Shown here piece after piece: positions 1 to 13,458 of a stretch of 64,000 nt of DNA. Both the position numbers and the translations under genes were made by a program. Positions within the stretch are counted from its first letter, which is position 1; every line of letters starts with the position of its first letter. The DNA is from Carcharhinus amblyrhynchos (taxonomy: Eukaryota). Location: contig OZ336885.1 in assembly GCA_965287045.1 (NCBI GenBank), positions 62,868,001 through 62,932,000 of the forward strand, read 5' to 3'. The notes beneath the pieces were generated by a model. That model saw nothing but the letters and a program-made list of their open reading frames with translations. It had not been told where the DNA came from and made no database searches.

Positions 1-129
1 GATCGAATTCCTTAACCTATATTGTACTGTTAGATTATAGAACGTGCATCTCATCGTGCTCAACCCAGCAGTAGCAGACTCATATTGGGGGATTTAATTC
101 CAGTGAAAAATAACACAGAGTAAAGCAAT

Positions 130-725
130 GTACAGAAGAAGAACAGATTTTTTGACCCTTCAAACCTGTTCCAATCATGATGACCTATTTAATTAATAAA
201 ATAAAAACATTCCGCCCTCACTCTCTCCACAACCCTATATTCCATCTCTACACGTGCACCCACATAGATGACACTTAAATGTTGCTGATGTGTTCGTTCC
301 CACAATCTCTTCTGGCAGTGTGTTACAAACATGAACAATTGACACGAAAACATTCTTCCGCATATTTCACTTTAATGTCCCCCCCCACCTTGAAGCCGTG
401 CCCACTTCTAATTGAAAATTCAACCCTGGGAAAACGACTTTGGTTATCCATCCTGACTCTGTCTCTCATAAATTTATGACAACGTTCCTCGACCCCCGGA
501 TGTCCGGTGAAAAGATTCCTTGGTTATTCAACCTCACATCATGGTCAACAGCCTCAAGACCAGAAAAAGTAACGGTGATTTTTTTTGGCCCTATCTCCAA
601 AGCTTCCACGTCCAACTGGTCAAGTGGCAACCAGAACTGCACGCGGTACTGGAAATGCGTCCTAACCATGACTTTATGTTGCTACGAAATGAATTCCCAA
701 CTGCTGTACTAAATGCTCCTCTTGC
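130..725 (-). mobile_element. Old CR1-type LINE 3' fragment
   Basis: Minus-strand MVRTHFQYRVQFWLP resembles the CR1 ORF2 motif LVRPHLEYCVQFWSP; decayed tail near 130-170. Boundaries approximate. Confidence 0.7.
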
Positions 726-970
726 ATACTTTCCACGGTCTCTAGAAAAGTGACTTGTGATTCAATAGTGGTGAGCAGGCAAGATAAATTCCTTATTCGT
801 GGAAGTCCGGAAATGCATTTGTAGCACAGACTGGTCAGTCATTAGAATTTCAACGATGGGTATTCTTTGATATTCTCTAAGCAGAGTAATAATCATCCGT
901 CACATACCAATGTGAATGTCAATTAATGTGTCGAAACGGATTTTTAAAAAGGTAGACTTTTTTTTCCCAG

Positions 971-1009
971 AATCCACGAACAGCATTTCATGGAATGGGC
1001 AAAAAGAAA
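971..1009 (+). CDS. Candidate upstream 39-nt phase-symmetric exon (ESTNSISWNGQKE if phase 1)
   Basis: Acceptor cttttttttcccag, donor AAA|gtgaga, length a multiple of 3, open frame. No similarity to the A/B repeat exons. Confidence 0.2.
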
Positions 1010-1640
1010 GTGAGACACTATTGAGAAAATATGTTGAGATCAACTGATAACAGGATCTATTCGATGCAAATAACATGACGTTGGCAAAATGTGGGAAAAA
1101 TAAACCGCGTTCGACAATCTAAAACTCGCTGATTCAGGAAAATAATTTGTGTGACGGAGCTGAGCGTTAATTCAAATTGAATCAAGAAAAGGGCCTTAAT
1201 CAAAAAGTCGCGAATTAGGGCGACTGCAGAAGCTGACTTGGGACACATTGGAGCATAGGGTAGATGTGCAGAACATTAGGGAGTATTGCAGAAAGGAGAA
1301 AATATAAGGTTGCCATAAGCATTGGCTTATTATTGAGTATCTGTTCCAAAAACGTAAGGATTTACATAGCAATAGCAGTGCGGTTGTATGGTAGATACCG
1401 TTGTCCTATTGTGTTGGTTGATTAAAGTCGGCATGGAGTAGAATTTCAAAATTGAATTTGAAAACAAAATAAATTAAACGAATGCCAAACAGTTTAGGTG
1501 TAATTCGAATACGTGGATTCTTACAGGAGCGAAAATGAATGCATCCTCCTCTGTCACAATGACCCTATAATTGAACGAATGTAATGCAGGTGCCAGTAAA
1601 TTCTCCTCAACAAATGTTTCTGGTTTGTTAACCTATCCAG

Positions 1641-1676
1641 AATTAACCCAGTGTCAAGCAAACTTGAATAATTCAC
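1641..1676 (+). CDS. Microexon A1 (36 nt, phase 1-1): [E]LTQCQANLNNS
   Basis: ttaacctatccag|AATTAACC...AATTCAC|gtaagcatc; paralogous to five other 36-nt exons with Cys at residue 5 and Leu at 9. Confidence 0.85.
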
Positions 1677-3899
1677 GTAAGCATCCTGATGTCATTCTGC
1701 ATGAAACTCCTCAATGTAGTATTGTAATTGATTGCATTTCGAATGTGCAGTTTTATTTTTTGTACATATGCAAACTACGTTTTTTACCTGTATGTCCTGC
1801 ATAGTTAGAACATGGAAAAAAGAATTGTTATCCTCGGGAAATGGAAAATAATAATAATGACAAGAATGGATGCTGATAACGAACTGTATCCATTGTGAAC
1901 GCGTCTAGTGGTAATTTCATTCTCAGAGTTAAAACCAAGCCATTCCTTGATATCCAATATTGCACATGCAGAAGATAAGCAAACGATAAAAAAAAAACAA
2001 TTGTTTTGTTTTGATACTTGTTACCGTATTCCTTGGAGTGGAGGGGTGTGGCGTACAGGGTAAATATTTTTTTCCCAATAATTCAACATTCTTCTCGTCA
2101 ATTATAATTTATTTCCAACACTTGACATAGAAAAACGCAAGTATTAGAATCCCTGTTTATTGAAAGATAAAATCCTTGTGGTACCTATTGTTTGACACCT
2201 AAAGTGTGTACACCCATTCCAGGAAGGCGCACATTGCCCCGGGCCACATTCTGGCTTATTCTCACACCCCTGCGCATTTTTTTTCCTATGCTTTGTGACA
2301 TGTCCAATACATGATGTGGCAATATAGTGCGAAAGATCCAACAACCGAGCACATTTTTGGATTGAAGAAGGAAATCCAAAAACCGGGGAAACGCCACGCA
2401 GTCGCGGAGAGAAGGAAGAAACACCACACATTCACCCACGGCCAGAATCAACTCTGGTTCTTTCGCACAATTATGCAGAGTTAAAAAAAAAACAACGGAT
2501 AACACTTTACAAAACTAACCATCCGCAATACAGATGGTTCCAACACAGCAGTACATAGCAGGTGTTATAACCATTGTCGTTCTTGGCGAAATTAATTATT
2601 TTCTTCGGGGGTATCATAGGCTCACTTGGCGTTAGTTTAAAAATATGCCAGAAGGCAGCCTCTTCTTTTTTTAAAAAATGAAGATCATCAGGGCATAGAT
2701 TTGAAGAGCGTTGCAGCACCAACTATTCCATTCAGTTCATCATATGTTTGCCAGCGACCAGGCACCAAACTATTCCATCTCAATATTCCAGCACCCGGTC
2801 TGTAGTTTTCTATTATATTGAGCTTTAACGTCTGAGCTAAACGCTTTTGAAATATTTAAACGTTCCGTTATGTCCCATCCTTTAAGATGGCGAGGTGCAG
2901 GTCATTTGTTTAACAATGGCATTTCCCCGAAAAAATAAAACAAAGTTTCTGCCCTTTAACCTAAATTTATGCCCCATGTTTATTACCCCCTGTATTAAGG
3001 CCAAATGTGCCTTCAAATGCCTTCATGTGTCTGAACACATGATAGGTTCGGATCATTCAGCTTCCCACTTCGTCTATCTGCCCCAAGGAAGCAACGCCAT
3101 CTAAAAACAATTCTCTTCATATCTGAAACTCTCCAGAACTGGCAGTGAGGAAAAAAAAAGAATGGATACAACAAAAATTTAACAACCGTAATAGCATTAG
3201 TTGTTTTTTTTTTTAAATAGTGTTCTGACTGAGACTGAAGCACGCTGGAAAAATTGGTGAATTAATGGATTAAAACTAGAAGCAGGTCGGAGCGAGTCTC
3301 TGGTCTGTGAGCTGAGATCCGAAACTTCCTATGTTGGACAGATCACGGAAGTGGTTTACTTTAACTGAGACAGCATGGCTCTGATTGGTATGGATATTAT
3401 GTATGGGGCATGCAAGATGAACTAAGCATCATGGAGTCGTTGAAAAGTAATTTTAACTGGATGTTCGACCGATGTGACTGATTTATGGTTACTCAATTAG
3501 CCGGACGACATATAATCTTCCCGAAGCAAGTAGAGAATTGTGGATAAAAGAAGTGTGAGGTTTTTTTTTGTTTGGCAGTGATAACTTCAAGACAACGACT
3601 ATCGCAACAAGACCTTGTATCATAAAAAAAATGCTTCCGGGAGGAGAAAGTAGAATATACTTGGAGGATTTTTCTTGGCCAAGGTTTTCCTAACTCATGA
3701 GTACCTATTTTCAGCTAAATATTAAAAGTTGATGGTCAGTTGGAGTTAAAGTTCAGTAAAGGGTTAATGAGTTCCAATTGTTGATGTTTAGGTTGACACT
3801 AAACGTGTCAAATAAAGAATGAATTGAATTGCTGCGATTGTTTGCCTCGTTAAAATAGAACGCTTGGAACGTGTTTAGATTAAACATGTATAACGGTGG

Positions 3900-5070
3900 A
3901 TATTATGTTTCACCTCCTCCAGTGCGAACAAATCATTGTATAGAGTGCCGAGCAGAGCTGCGCACAGCACACTACAATGAGGCACGCTCCGAAATCATTC
4001 TGGAACCCCTTACATCCTGGAGTTCATATCATAATTTCGATAAAATTGTTTTTTTTTCCTGTTCTTCTGGCATGATGATGACCAGGACTGAATGCAATAT
4101 TAAAATGCGACCAACGCAAGTATTTGTATGTTTGCACTATATTTTACCAACTCCCATGTTCAGTGCACCGGCTGATGAATGTAAGGATTCCACATGCCTT
4201 CTTAATCACGTTGGTCACCTGCGTTGCCGCTTTTAGGGACTTCTGGGCCTGTGCTCTGAAACTCATCCAAAGGTTAATCTTCCAAAAGGTTGAGTCAATT
4301 ACAGCATAATTCACAACTAAATTAAATAGCCCGCAATGCATTACCTCACCTTCACCCAGATTAATTTCAATCTGTCTTACCTCCAGCCATGTCTGCAACC
4401 TGGTAATGCACTGTTGCGTACTGTGGCAGTCCTCAGCACTATCAACAACTCCGAAGTATTAGTATCAACCGGAATTTATATTCCGACCGTTCACACAAAC
4501 TGCGCCAGTTCGTTTAAGTATCCTCCAAATAACAAAGGTCCCCGCACTGATCGCTGAGGGACAACGTCATGTTTTGTTTTATCCAACTGTGCATGCATCC
4601 TGTCACAGTATATTTCCCAAAAGATCTCCCAGCACGATGTCAGGCTCGTCGGCATACATTTTATTGGATTATTCCTGGTTTATTTCTTAAACAAGTGAAC
4701 AAGAATGGTTATTCTTCAGTCCCCTGGAAACCCCATGCGTTCAAAATGAAAGTGAGCAATCTACTACTTCCTCAGATATTCCACCTTTGCCTTCCGATGC
4801 AGCCTGACATAGATCCCATCTGAACCCGGGCACATGTCTATATTAATGCAAATTAACATACTCATCACTTCCTGCCTTGATATTTTCACTTCTATAGAGC
4901 ATTCCGACACTTATCCCTGACCTCAACATGATCACTTCCTTCTCCTTGGTAAATACTGATGCAAGTACTCATTAAAGATTTCACGTAATTTCGGTGATTC
5001 CATGCAAACTCCCGACCACTTTTATCGAGTGGGCCTCGTATTTCTTTTGCAGCCCTCTTGCTCGCTTTTA
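3900..5070 (-). mobile_element. Old CR1 LINE ORF2 fragment
   Basis: Minus-strand KAATQVTNVIKKACGILTFISRCTEH resembles CR1 KVATQVDKVVKKAYGMLAFISRGIEY. Boundaries approximate. Confidence 0.7.
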
Positions 5071-5173
5071 TTCTGAACTGACATGAATCGAAGTTATATT
5101 TTAATCATTGATTTAATTTTGAGATCAGAAGTTGTTCCCGAAATATGTTTACCATTTCTTCTCACTTTCACAG

Positions 5174-5200
5174 AAGATACAGTATTTGATCTAAAAGTCG
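5174..5200 (+). CDS. Microexon B1 (27 nt, phase 1-1): QDTVFDLKV
   Basis: ttcttctcactttcacag|AAGATAC...AAAAGTCG|gtaagc; hydrophobic residues 4 and 7 continue the heptad register. Confidence 0.85.
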
Positions 5201-5343
5201 GTAAGCAAAATACAGAGGATTCATATCGATGAAAACACGTTAATGTGTTTGCATTCGTACTCGATTGGAAATCTGTCGGGAACGCCTGAATTTGATAACC
5301 TTCCTCGCAAGGATTTGAAAATATGTTGATTACGCTTAATGTG

Positions 5344-5825
5344 TAAGATAAGAACATAAGAACATAAGAAATAGGAGCAGGAGTAGGCCAACTAGCCCTT
5401 CGAGCCTGCCTCGCCATTCAATAAGATCATGGCTGATCTGTCGTGGCTCAGTTCCACATTCCTGCCCTCTCCCCATAACCCTTAATCCCCTCTCTCATCA
5501 AAAACCCATCAACCCGCGTCTTAAAAATATTTAGCGAGGCAGCCTCCACCACTTCAACGGGCAGAGAATTCCAGAGATTCACCACCCTTCGAGTGAAGAA
5601 GTTCCTCCTCAACTCTGTTCTAAACCGCCCACCCCTTTATCTTGAGGCTATGCCCCCTAGTCCTACTATCCTTTCTGATCGGGAAGAGTCTCTCCACCTC
5701 TATCCTATCCATCCCATTCATCATCTTATACGTCTCAATGAGATCTCCCCTCATTCTTCTAAACTCTAACGAGTACAAGCCTAATCTATTCAGCTTCTCC
5801 TCATAGCTCAACCCCCTCAACTCCG
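5344..5825 (-). mobile_element. Young CR1 LINE 3' end, 5'-truncated
   Basis: (taagaaca)n tail; ORF2 C-terminus RGLSYEEKLNRLGLYSLEFRRMRGDLIETYK; closely similar to the copy ending at 52065. Confidence 0.92.
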
Positions 5826-6797
5826 TAAACGTTAAAAGATGTGAACGTTAAAAAGCTACCACATGCAGAGATGCATCAACGGGGATTCCTGCTAAAAGGA
5901 GCCGTGCTCCACGTCCAGAAATCGACAGAAAAAAATACACTTTTATACAAGGCTGTCTCCTGAAAGGAAACGAATCACACAAAACTTCAAGATATATTGA
6001 ATAGAAAATGACATGTTGTATCCTAATTATTTAAATTTATTCACTTGATAAGCCCTTCGTAAAAAAAAGAAAGTATATATTTTTTAAGAGTTCTCATGAT
6101 GATAGAATTCCCGTGCATGATTATGATTTATGTGAAACCAAGAGGAAAGGTGTAGAATGGCATTAGCAGTGTTAAAAATAAATTATAATAAATCATAAGA
6201 TAGCTTGATATTTTTGAGAGAAAATTATATGGAAATTATCTGCATCAGAGCGATCGTTCTTCTGTGTGTCTGCACCCTTGTATGTGCATGCGTGCATATG
6301 CTTGTTGTGTCAGTATGTGTCGTCTCGATTTGTGTATGTGTTTGTTTATATGTGTACAAGCGTTTCTCGAACTGTCCCCCACGCAACAAACATGATGTTA
6401 CTTGATTGAGGCACAAGTGATAGTGCTCACGGAATTACTGATTGATAGAAATGCACAAAGTACCGTGCGTATGCGCAATAATAATAAAAGAAACACTATT
6501 ATCTGCTAACCCTACGCGGCTGAGAGCCGAAACTTTCTTTTTTTTAACTCTAGGAATGCATGGGAACCGCATGTAGCATTGACACATATCGCTGCTTTCT
6601 GTGTTGGTTGTGTGTAATGTCAAAATTGGATTCGACAGAAAACTGGAGAATATTGAATTCAGGGCGTAGCTAAGAAGGGGCAGTGAACATGAAGACAATG
6701 GATGGAATCAACTGCCACCCCACCATACTAATTGTCCTCTTTCTTAACCTGTAAATGCAGAATAATTAACTTAGTCGACTTTGCTAACTCAATCCAG

Positions 6798-6833
6798 ACA
6801 TTGCGAAGTGCAGAGAAGCTTTAAACGATACAG
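6798..6833 (+). CDS. Microexon A2 (36 nt): DIAKCREALNDT
   Basis: ctaactcaatccag|ACATTGCG...GATACAG|gtaagcatc. Confidence 0.88.
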
Positions 6834-8489
6834 GTAAGCATCGTCATGTGAGTCTGGATCACACTGCACAAGTGTTTTGGTAGATGCTATTTAAAGTGCA
6901 ATTAGCCTGAACGTTGATTTTGTACTCTTTGTAAATCATGTGCAATTAACACGGCAAAGTGATATTGAGCTACGTCATTGCTGAATTAATCGATAAAATT
7001 ATTATACATGATTACATACGAGTTTGAAAAGAATTATATCATTTATTACCTCCTTCAAAGATCACTGCAGATTGTTAAGTCTTACAAAGTCGTGCTTAAT
7101 TTGCAAATTTTGAGGACAAAGAAGGGAAAAATGAGGAATTTGCTAAAATTGACTCAGTAGAAGGGGGAAGAAAGCGGAACAAGTAATGATAAGTTTGCAT
7201 TGAGTTGATGCCCGTTAAAACTATCTAGTTCTTTAACTGACAATTTCATCAAAACACGAACTAAGACACGGAAAGCTTGGCATTATTTTCAAGAACGCAA
7301 CTTTCCTCTGAGCAGCTCTGTTGAGTTACCTTTCATTAAACAGAATATAATAGGATTTGCTATTTATCCAGTAACCATTCTTGATAAATCTTGTCATTTT
7401 TGCCCCATGTTATTGGCACAAATCTTGTTCTTGGTAACAGCCTGAAATTAAGTTTGTCTGTGCGCTAATATATTATCCGAGTTGGGTCAGACATAACGTT
7501 GTCAACACATTAGTTCAGCAGCACATTGATCGACTGATCTCAAACACAAGAGCAGACACACGTTCAACAGTTTCATTGTCGGTTTTGTTGCGGAAACAGT
7601 AATTCACGTCCTCCTGTGATCTTGTCTGGCGTGCGTAATTCTATCTCCAATTCGTTTTCAAATAATTTTCGCTTAATGTTCGGGGCATGCCTCTAACTGT
7701 TTGCTTTCTTTCTCCGAAATCGCCCACGCATCTTGGCAGTGCAAATTGTTTTTGAAGGCTATTCACAAAACATTGTTTTTTTTTACCTTCTGACAAAACT
7801 TTTGATCATCTGAATACTTGTTCATGCAGTGCTTCTGTGAAGAGCTACACATTGTACCTTAACAATATTGTTCGATTACGTTGCCAATTTCTACAAGCTT
7901 GTTGATGGACGGAAGAGGCGAATGATTTGGCGGCATGTCATTACTATGTTTTTTTCTGTACATTAAACAATTCCAGGGGTGAATTCGTTGGTCTTTGCCT
8001 TTTTAACGAAATGTAAATGAAATCTAATTGCACTTCATTCTTTCCTCATTGATCGCCGGATTCTATGATCGGTGCGTAAGGAGATTTTGGCGCAAAGACA
8101 ACATTGACGTGTTATTGCTGACATTCACACATCCGTGATGTGAATGGCGAGCCGAAACCTCTCCATGCAATGATTCTTCCAGCAGAAAAAAAAAGTTGTA
8201 ACTAGTGAAAACAAGGAAGCAGAATTATGAACAGAGGGAACACTGCTCACTTAAATTGTCAGGCAATGAAATCAAGGACATATATATCTAGAAATTAGCT
8301 TAGTTCGGCATTTATTAGGAAGTGCAAAAAAAAGTAGCAAGTTGCTGAACTGAATAACGGGAAAAACAAACTATGATCCATGAATAAGATAGAACAAACC
8401 AAACTTTTCAACATCAGACAAATCCAGAATTTACATTCCGAAGTACTGATACCAAGAGACGGGGTGGTGCTGGGCGTGTGTACATGTTT

Positions 8490-8502
8490 TTGCGTGTGTG
8501 CG

Positions 8503-8534
<32 letters not shown>

Positions 8535-8732
8535 GAGGGGTTGGGGGAGGGGTGTGTGGCTTGGGTGTGTTAGTGCAGAGTGACAGCCGGGAGAGATAGA
8601 TAGATTGATAGATATGGAAAGAGATAGACAGATAAAATAGAGATGGTGAGAGAGGAATGGAGGATGGATGGACAGACGGATGGTTGGATGGATCGATGAA
8701 AGAATGGATGGATGGATGGATGGGTGGATGAA
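8490..8732 (+). repeat. (TG)n followed by degenerate (GATA)n/(GGAT)n simple repeats
   Basis: Directly visible. Confidence 0.9.
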
Positions 8733-8759
8733 TGGCATATCGGTAAAGGGATATCAAAC

Positions 8760-9053
8760 ATATCAGTCTTCAGTCGCCACATATCTTTGAATGATATGAA
8801 GCGTCAATTTCTGTGCAAAATATTTATAAGTATTTTGTTAAGTTTTTGCTAATCACAGCAATTTCACTCCAGAATCCCATCACTGTCGAGCTGTTTTCTT
8901 TTATTTCCAAATCTCCTCTGAATCACTTGTTCCTCATCACAGTCTATACAATCTCGAGACTATACTCAATGAAGTGTATGTGTTCTTCTTTACTCACCCT
9001 CTCTTTTCATGGCAAAAAACGTTTTACAAAACAATCCTGACCACCACCCTCCT

Positions 9054-9126
<73 letters not shown>

Positions 9127-9690
9127 TACACACCCCGCCACACAGCCTAAGCACTCTTTGCTCAAACGAAAGTAATCCAATCCTATTCAGTCCGCGCTCA
9201 TATTTCCAAGGAGCTACCCCGAACAACATCATCGACAAAACCCTTTTTCACCCCTCCAGCTCTATCACATTCTTCACAAAGCGAGAACAGCAAAACACTC
9301 AGTACTCCATTCGTGGCCTTACCAAAACTTCTATGTGACTTCAACATTGCCTGGCTGTTACGATATTCTTTGCCTTCAGCAATGAAAGAGAGTTTTGCAT
9401 GCCTTCTCATTTATCCTATTCAGCTGCTCGGCCTACTTCAGTGTTCTGTTAATAAATGCACCAAGATCCATTTGTTCCTCTGAGCTTCTCAATGTCCTGC
9501 CGTTCATTGAACATTGCCTTGGTTTTTTTTCTGTTCTTCCACAGGTCAACACCTCTCACTTTGCAGCTGTTATTACCATCCGCTGCGTTTCTGCCAATCT
9601 GCCCAACCTATTTACATTTTCCTGCATCCTCGGTGAATATTCCTCACTAATAACCACCCTTCAAATCTTGATGTACTCTACCGACTTGCA
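8760..9690 (-). mobile_element. Old CR1 LINE, 3' part; continues at 11145-12075 and contains (CA)n at 9055-9121
   Basis: Minus-strand translations LNRIGLLSFEQR and LSFIAEGKEYRNSQAMLK match CR1 ORF2. Confidence 0.7.
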
Positions 9691-9757
9691 TCACCGGAAT
9701 TCGGTCATATTTGTTTCTTTATTATCTTAGTTTAGTTTGTATGTTTGCATACAGTCC

Positions 9758-11141
9758 GTAGTTGGAAAAATGTAAGTATCCGTCGTCAAAGAAGAGATAG
9801 CAAAACATCTAGGAAAGAACGGTTTGATCAAGCAGACACAGCACGGATTCGTGAAGGAGAAGACGTGTTTAACGAATTTATTGGATTTCTATGAGGATGT
9901 CACTTGTGTGGTAGGCAGAGGGGGACGTGTGGATGTGGTGTTTTTGGATTTCCAGAAGGTGTTTTGATCAGGTGCCTCACAAAAGTTTGTTGCAGAACGT
10001 TAGAGAGCACGGAGTGGGGCGTGAGGTGTTAGCGTGGATTGAGGATTGGTTCTCTAACAGGAAGCAGAGAGTTGGAATGAATGAGTGCTGCTCTGGCTGG
10101 CAGAGATTGGTGCTGGGGCCAAAAATGTTTACCATTTACGTCGACGATCTGGAGGATGGGGCTTAGTGTAGGGTAACGAAATTTGCTGATGACACGAAGA
10201 TGAGTGGAAAAGCACATTGACTGGGAGGCACGGAAAGTCTGCAGAAAGATCTTGATCGGTTGAGTGAGCGGGCGAGCACCTGGCAGATGAATTATTACGT
10301 TAGCAATTGCGAGAATATCCACTTCGGTAGAAATAATAGTCGGAGGGTTTATTAGTTAAAGGGCGAAAAATCGCAGCATGCTGCGGTGCAGATGGACCTG
10401 GGGGGCCTTGTGCACGAATCGCAAAAAAAAGTGTGCAGGTGCAGCAGGTGATCAAGAAGGCGAATGGAATGTTGACCTTTATAGCGAGCGGAACAGAATA
10501 TAATAGCAGGGCTGTCTTGCTGCAACTGTACAGGGCACTGGTGAGGCCGTAACTAGAGTACTGTGTACAGTTTTGGCCACCACATTTGCGAAAGGATATA
10601 TTGGCCTTGGAGGGAGTACTGAGAAGGCTCATGAGACTGATACCGGAGATAAGGAGTTTAGCCGATGAAGAGACATTGAATAGACTGGGTCTGTACTCGT
10701 TAGAGTTTAGGACGCTGAGGGGGGAATCTTATGGAGACATATACGACAATGAAGGGGCTAGATAGAGTAGAGGTAGAGGGATTCCTCCCTCTTAAAAAGG
10801 ATAGCAGAACTAGAGAGCAAAACGTCAAAATAAGGTGGGGGGGGGGAGCAGATTAGACCAGCGTTGAGGAGGAATTTCTTCACTCAAAGGGTGGTGAGAC
10901 TCTGGAATTCTCTGCCCATTAAAGTGGTGCAGGCTACCTCGCTGAATATATTTAAGTCATGGGTAGATAGGTTTCTGTAGATAGGTTTCTGATAGACAAT
11001 GGAATTAAGGGTTATGGGAAGAAAGTGGGAAAGTGGAACTGATACACTCCAGGTCAACCATGATCTTGTTGAATGGCGGGGCAGACTCGAAGGGTTAGAT
11101 GGCCTACTCCTGTTCTTATTTCTTACGCTCTTATGTTCTTA
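9758..11141 (+). mobile_element. CR1 LINE, about 1.4 kb, 5'-truncated, frameshifted RT
   Basis: QHGF, FDQVPH, LGPxxFTIYVDDL, KFADDTK and LEYCVQFW motifs; ttatgttc tail. Confidence 0.92.
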
Positions 11142-11144
11142 TAT

Positions 11145-12075
11145 CATTGAGGAACACGTACTAATCGTGGTCCTCGTACCGATTTTGTGGCACACAGCGC
11201 TTCATGGACGACCAATTCCTGGAAGAGCCTTCTGTCACAAGCGATGTTGTCTTATGTTTTAAAACCAGTTGCTTATCCATCTCGCCAACATTCCCCGAAT
11301 TCCACATGATTTGAACTGCAGCATCATTCCTGGAATGGCATATTCACAGCTTCATTGAAATCAATACAAACTGCATGAAATGAGATTCTCTTTTCTTCAC
11401 GCTTGATCGCACCATTGAAAATGTCTTACAAATGTTAGCTATGACATAACTCTGAAAAAAACGTGCTGAGTTTCCCTCATTGACACATTCCTTTTCAGCT
11501 GGTTATTAATCGCCCCCCGCCTCCTTCAGAACATGTTCCAATAGTTTCGCTGTAAAGAGTTTGGACTCACTCCGAATTAGTCATTGACCTTGTTTGAACA
11601 CCCATCTTGAATAATTGAAATCACATGAACCATCCTCCAGTCCCTTAACAATACACCAGTGGCGAGAGACTTACTTAACGAATCTGCCATAGCACCTACC
11701 ATTTCGTGCCTCGCTTCCCAAAGGAGCGTGTGATGCAACACATCAGTGCCAATGATACTTTCTTTTTATCATTCCTTTCCCCGTCTCAGGAAATTCCATG
11801 TAAAACTGGAGAAATTCTTCACAGTCCCTGTTTCTTCACGTTGTACCTACATTGCCTTTACCCGAGTGAAGACCAAAGGCAAGTCTTCATTTAAGGCTGT
11901 TTCAAAGGACTTTGCTTCACATACACATTGCTCACTTTCTAGGCTAACATATATCGTTGCTAAATATCTTCCCAGTAATTTACTTAAAAATTATTCTCAG
12001 ATGCCACCCCATTTCACATGAACTTTCCCATCCCCATTGTTTTGTTCATCCCATTAATTTGTTGAGTTCCCTCAT
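11145..12075 (-). mobile_element. Old CR1 LINE, upstream continuation of 8760-9690
   Basis: Reverse complement of gaaatcaatacaaactgcat encodes a (D)AVCIDF-like RT motif, colinear with the interrupted copy. Confidence 0.6.
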
Positions 12076-12821
12076 ACAGGTGGTATATCATAATCACCAG
12101 AACAAATCTCGGAAACCTGAGAACGGCAGAGTGCTATCGCGTGACTTACTCTGAGAAGTATTGAATACTGGCTATTACCGCCAGGTGGGCTTAATCAGCG
12201 GGCAGAGTGGACTCTTGTGTATTCTGGGATTTCGGTGCACACATTCCGGCACGATGAATTGCATCGCCTCTCACAAACTTGCATGCTGTCCCAAGTACAT
12301 TTCCAGCCCCATCGCTGGCCTCTAAAATGAACACATCACTGACATCGTGGGCCTCACAATTCCACCCCGCCCCCCAACCTCACCACACCCCCCCCCACCC
12401 CCTCCCTCACTGCCAAATAGATATCGCTTGCCTCTCACTCTCACACGACACCTCTGGCCTCACACGCCCCACTCCCGGGAAAATCGCAAGACTTTCACTC
12501 TCTCTTCCCCCTACTCTCCCCCCATCGCCAACACACACGCACACACGCACAAAGTTGTCTTTTCAAATGGCCAGCCGGAAGTACATTGATGATTTTATCG
12601 AAGAACTCCGTCCACTCCCCCAAACTATGCGTGCAGAGCATATATACATGATCCCTCTGAAACCACTCTCGCACACGAACATAACTGGCCATGCGTCCAC
12701 CTCTCCATTTATATTGCTCGCTGAACAGCTGGTCTCTGGCAACCACCACCCCCACCACCCCCACCCCCCACCTCCCCCGCCACATTCCCTATTTGTGAGT
12801 GAGGCTTTTAAGGATTTAAAA

Positions 12822-13135
12822 CAAAGTAAAATGAAGTTCATTTATCAATCACAAGTAGGTTTACTGTCAGGCTGCATTTAAGTAACTGTGATAATTCCCT
12901 AGTCACCACACTAATCTGCCTGCTTGTTTTCATGGAACGAGAGCTTAACATGGTCAATGCGCTTAAGCAGTACACGTTTGAACACTGTGAGGAAACCGGA
13001 GCACCCAAATGAACCTCAGGCAAATACGAGGAGAATGTGCAAAAACCACACAGACAGTGAACCAAATTGGGAATCGAATCTGGGCCCATGATGCTGTGTG
13101 CCATCAATGTAATCTACAGTGCCACAATGCCACCC
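12822..13135 (-). mobile_element. tRNA-derived SINE, copy 1
   Basis: Minus-strand tRNA-like head, core gtttcctc and tgcacattctcc, tail with atttatt; a second copy lies at 14245. Confidence 0.75.
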
Positions 13136-13185
13136 CATTACACTTTCCACTCTCCCATTCAGAAACTCCTGTGGGCACAATCTGT

Positions 13186-13458
13186 TGTAGGTAAAAGATA
13201 CTTCTGAGACCAATTGTGAGTCAAATTTAAAGCAAGTTTATTCAAAACCCTTTGGGAGATACACGTGGTACCTAGCGGTTCCCCAGGCATCTCCCCGAAC
13301 ACAAATTATTTATACCCCCCCAGTTACGTATGCATCTTCTCAGCCTCAGCAGTTTCCAGGCTATGGATTTTCCTCCATCTTGGGAACATCGTGCCTCGGC
13401 GTTCTTCATGGTTATCCCAAGGCCAAAATTGTCGTGTGTGATTAGCCCTTAGCTAACA
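13186..13458 (-). mobile_element. Putative solo-LTR-like insertion
   Basis: TGT...ACA termini; on the minus strand TATAAATAA (13306-13314) precedes AATAAA (13237-13242); absent from the duplicated copy of this region. No clear TSD. Confidence 0.4.

Noticed and set aside
8428-8463. 36-nt segment after aatccag (EFTFRSTDTKRR)
   Set aside because: Poor donor (gtggtg), no Cys5 or heptad pattern.
12279-12881. 200-aa Pro/His-rich ORF
   Set aside because: Low-complexity C-rich sequence running into a SINE; no domain motif.
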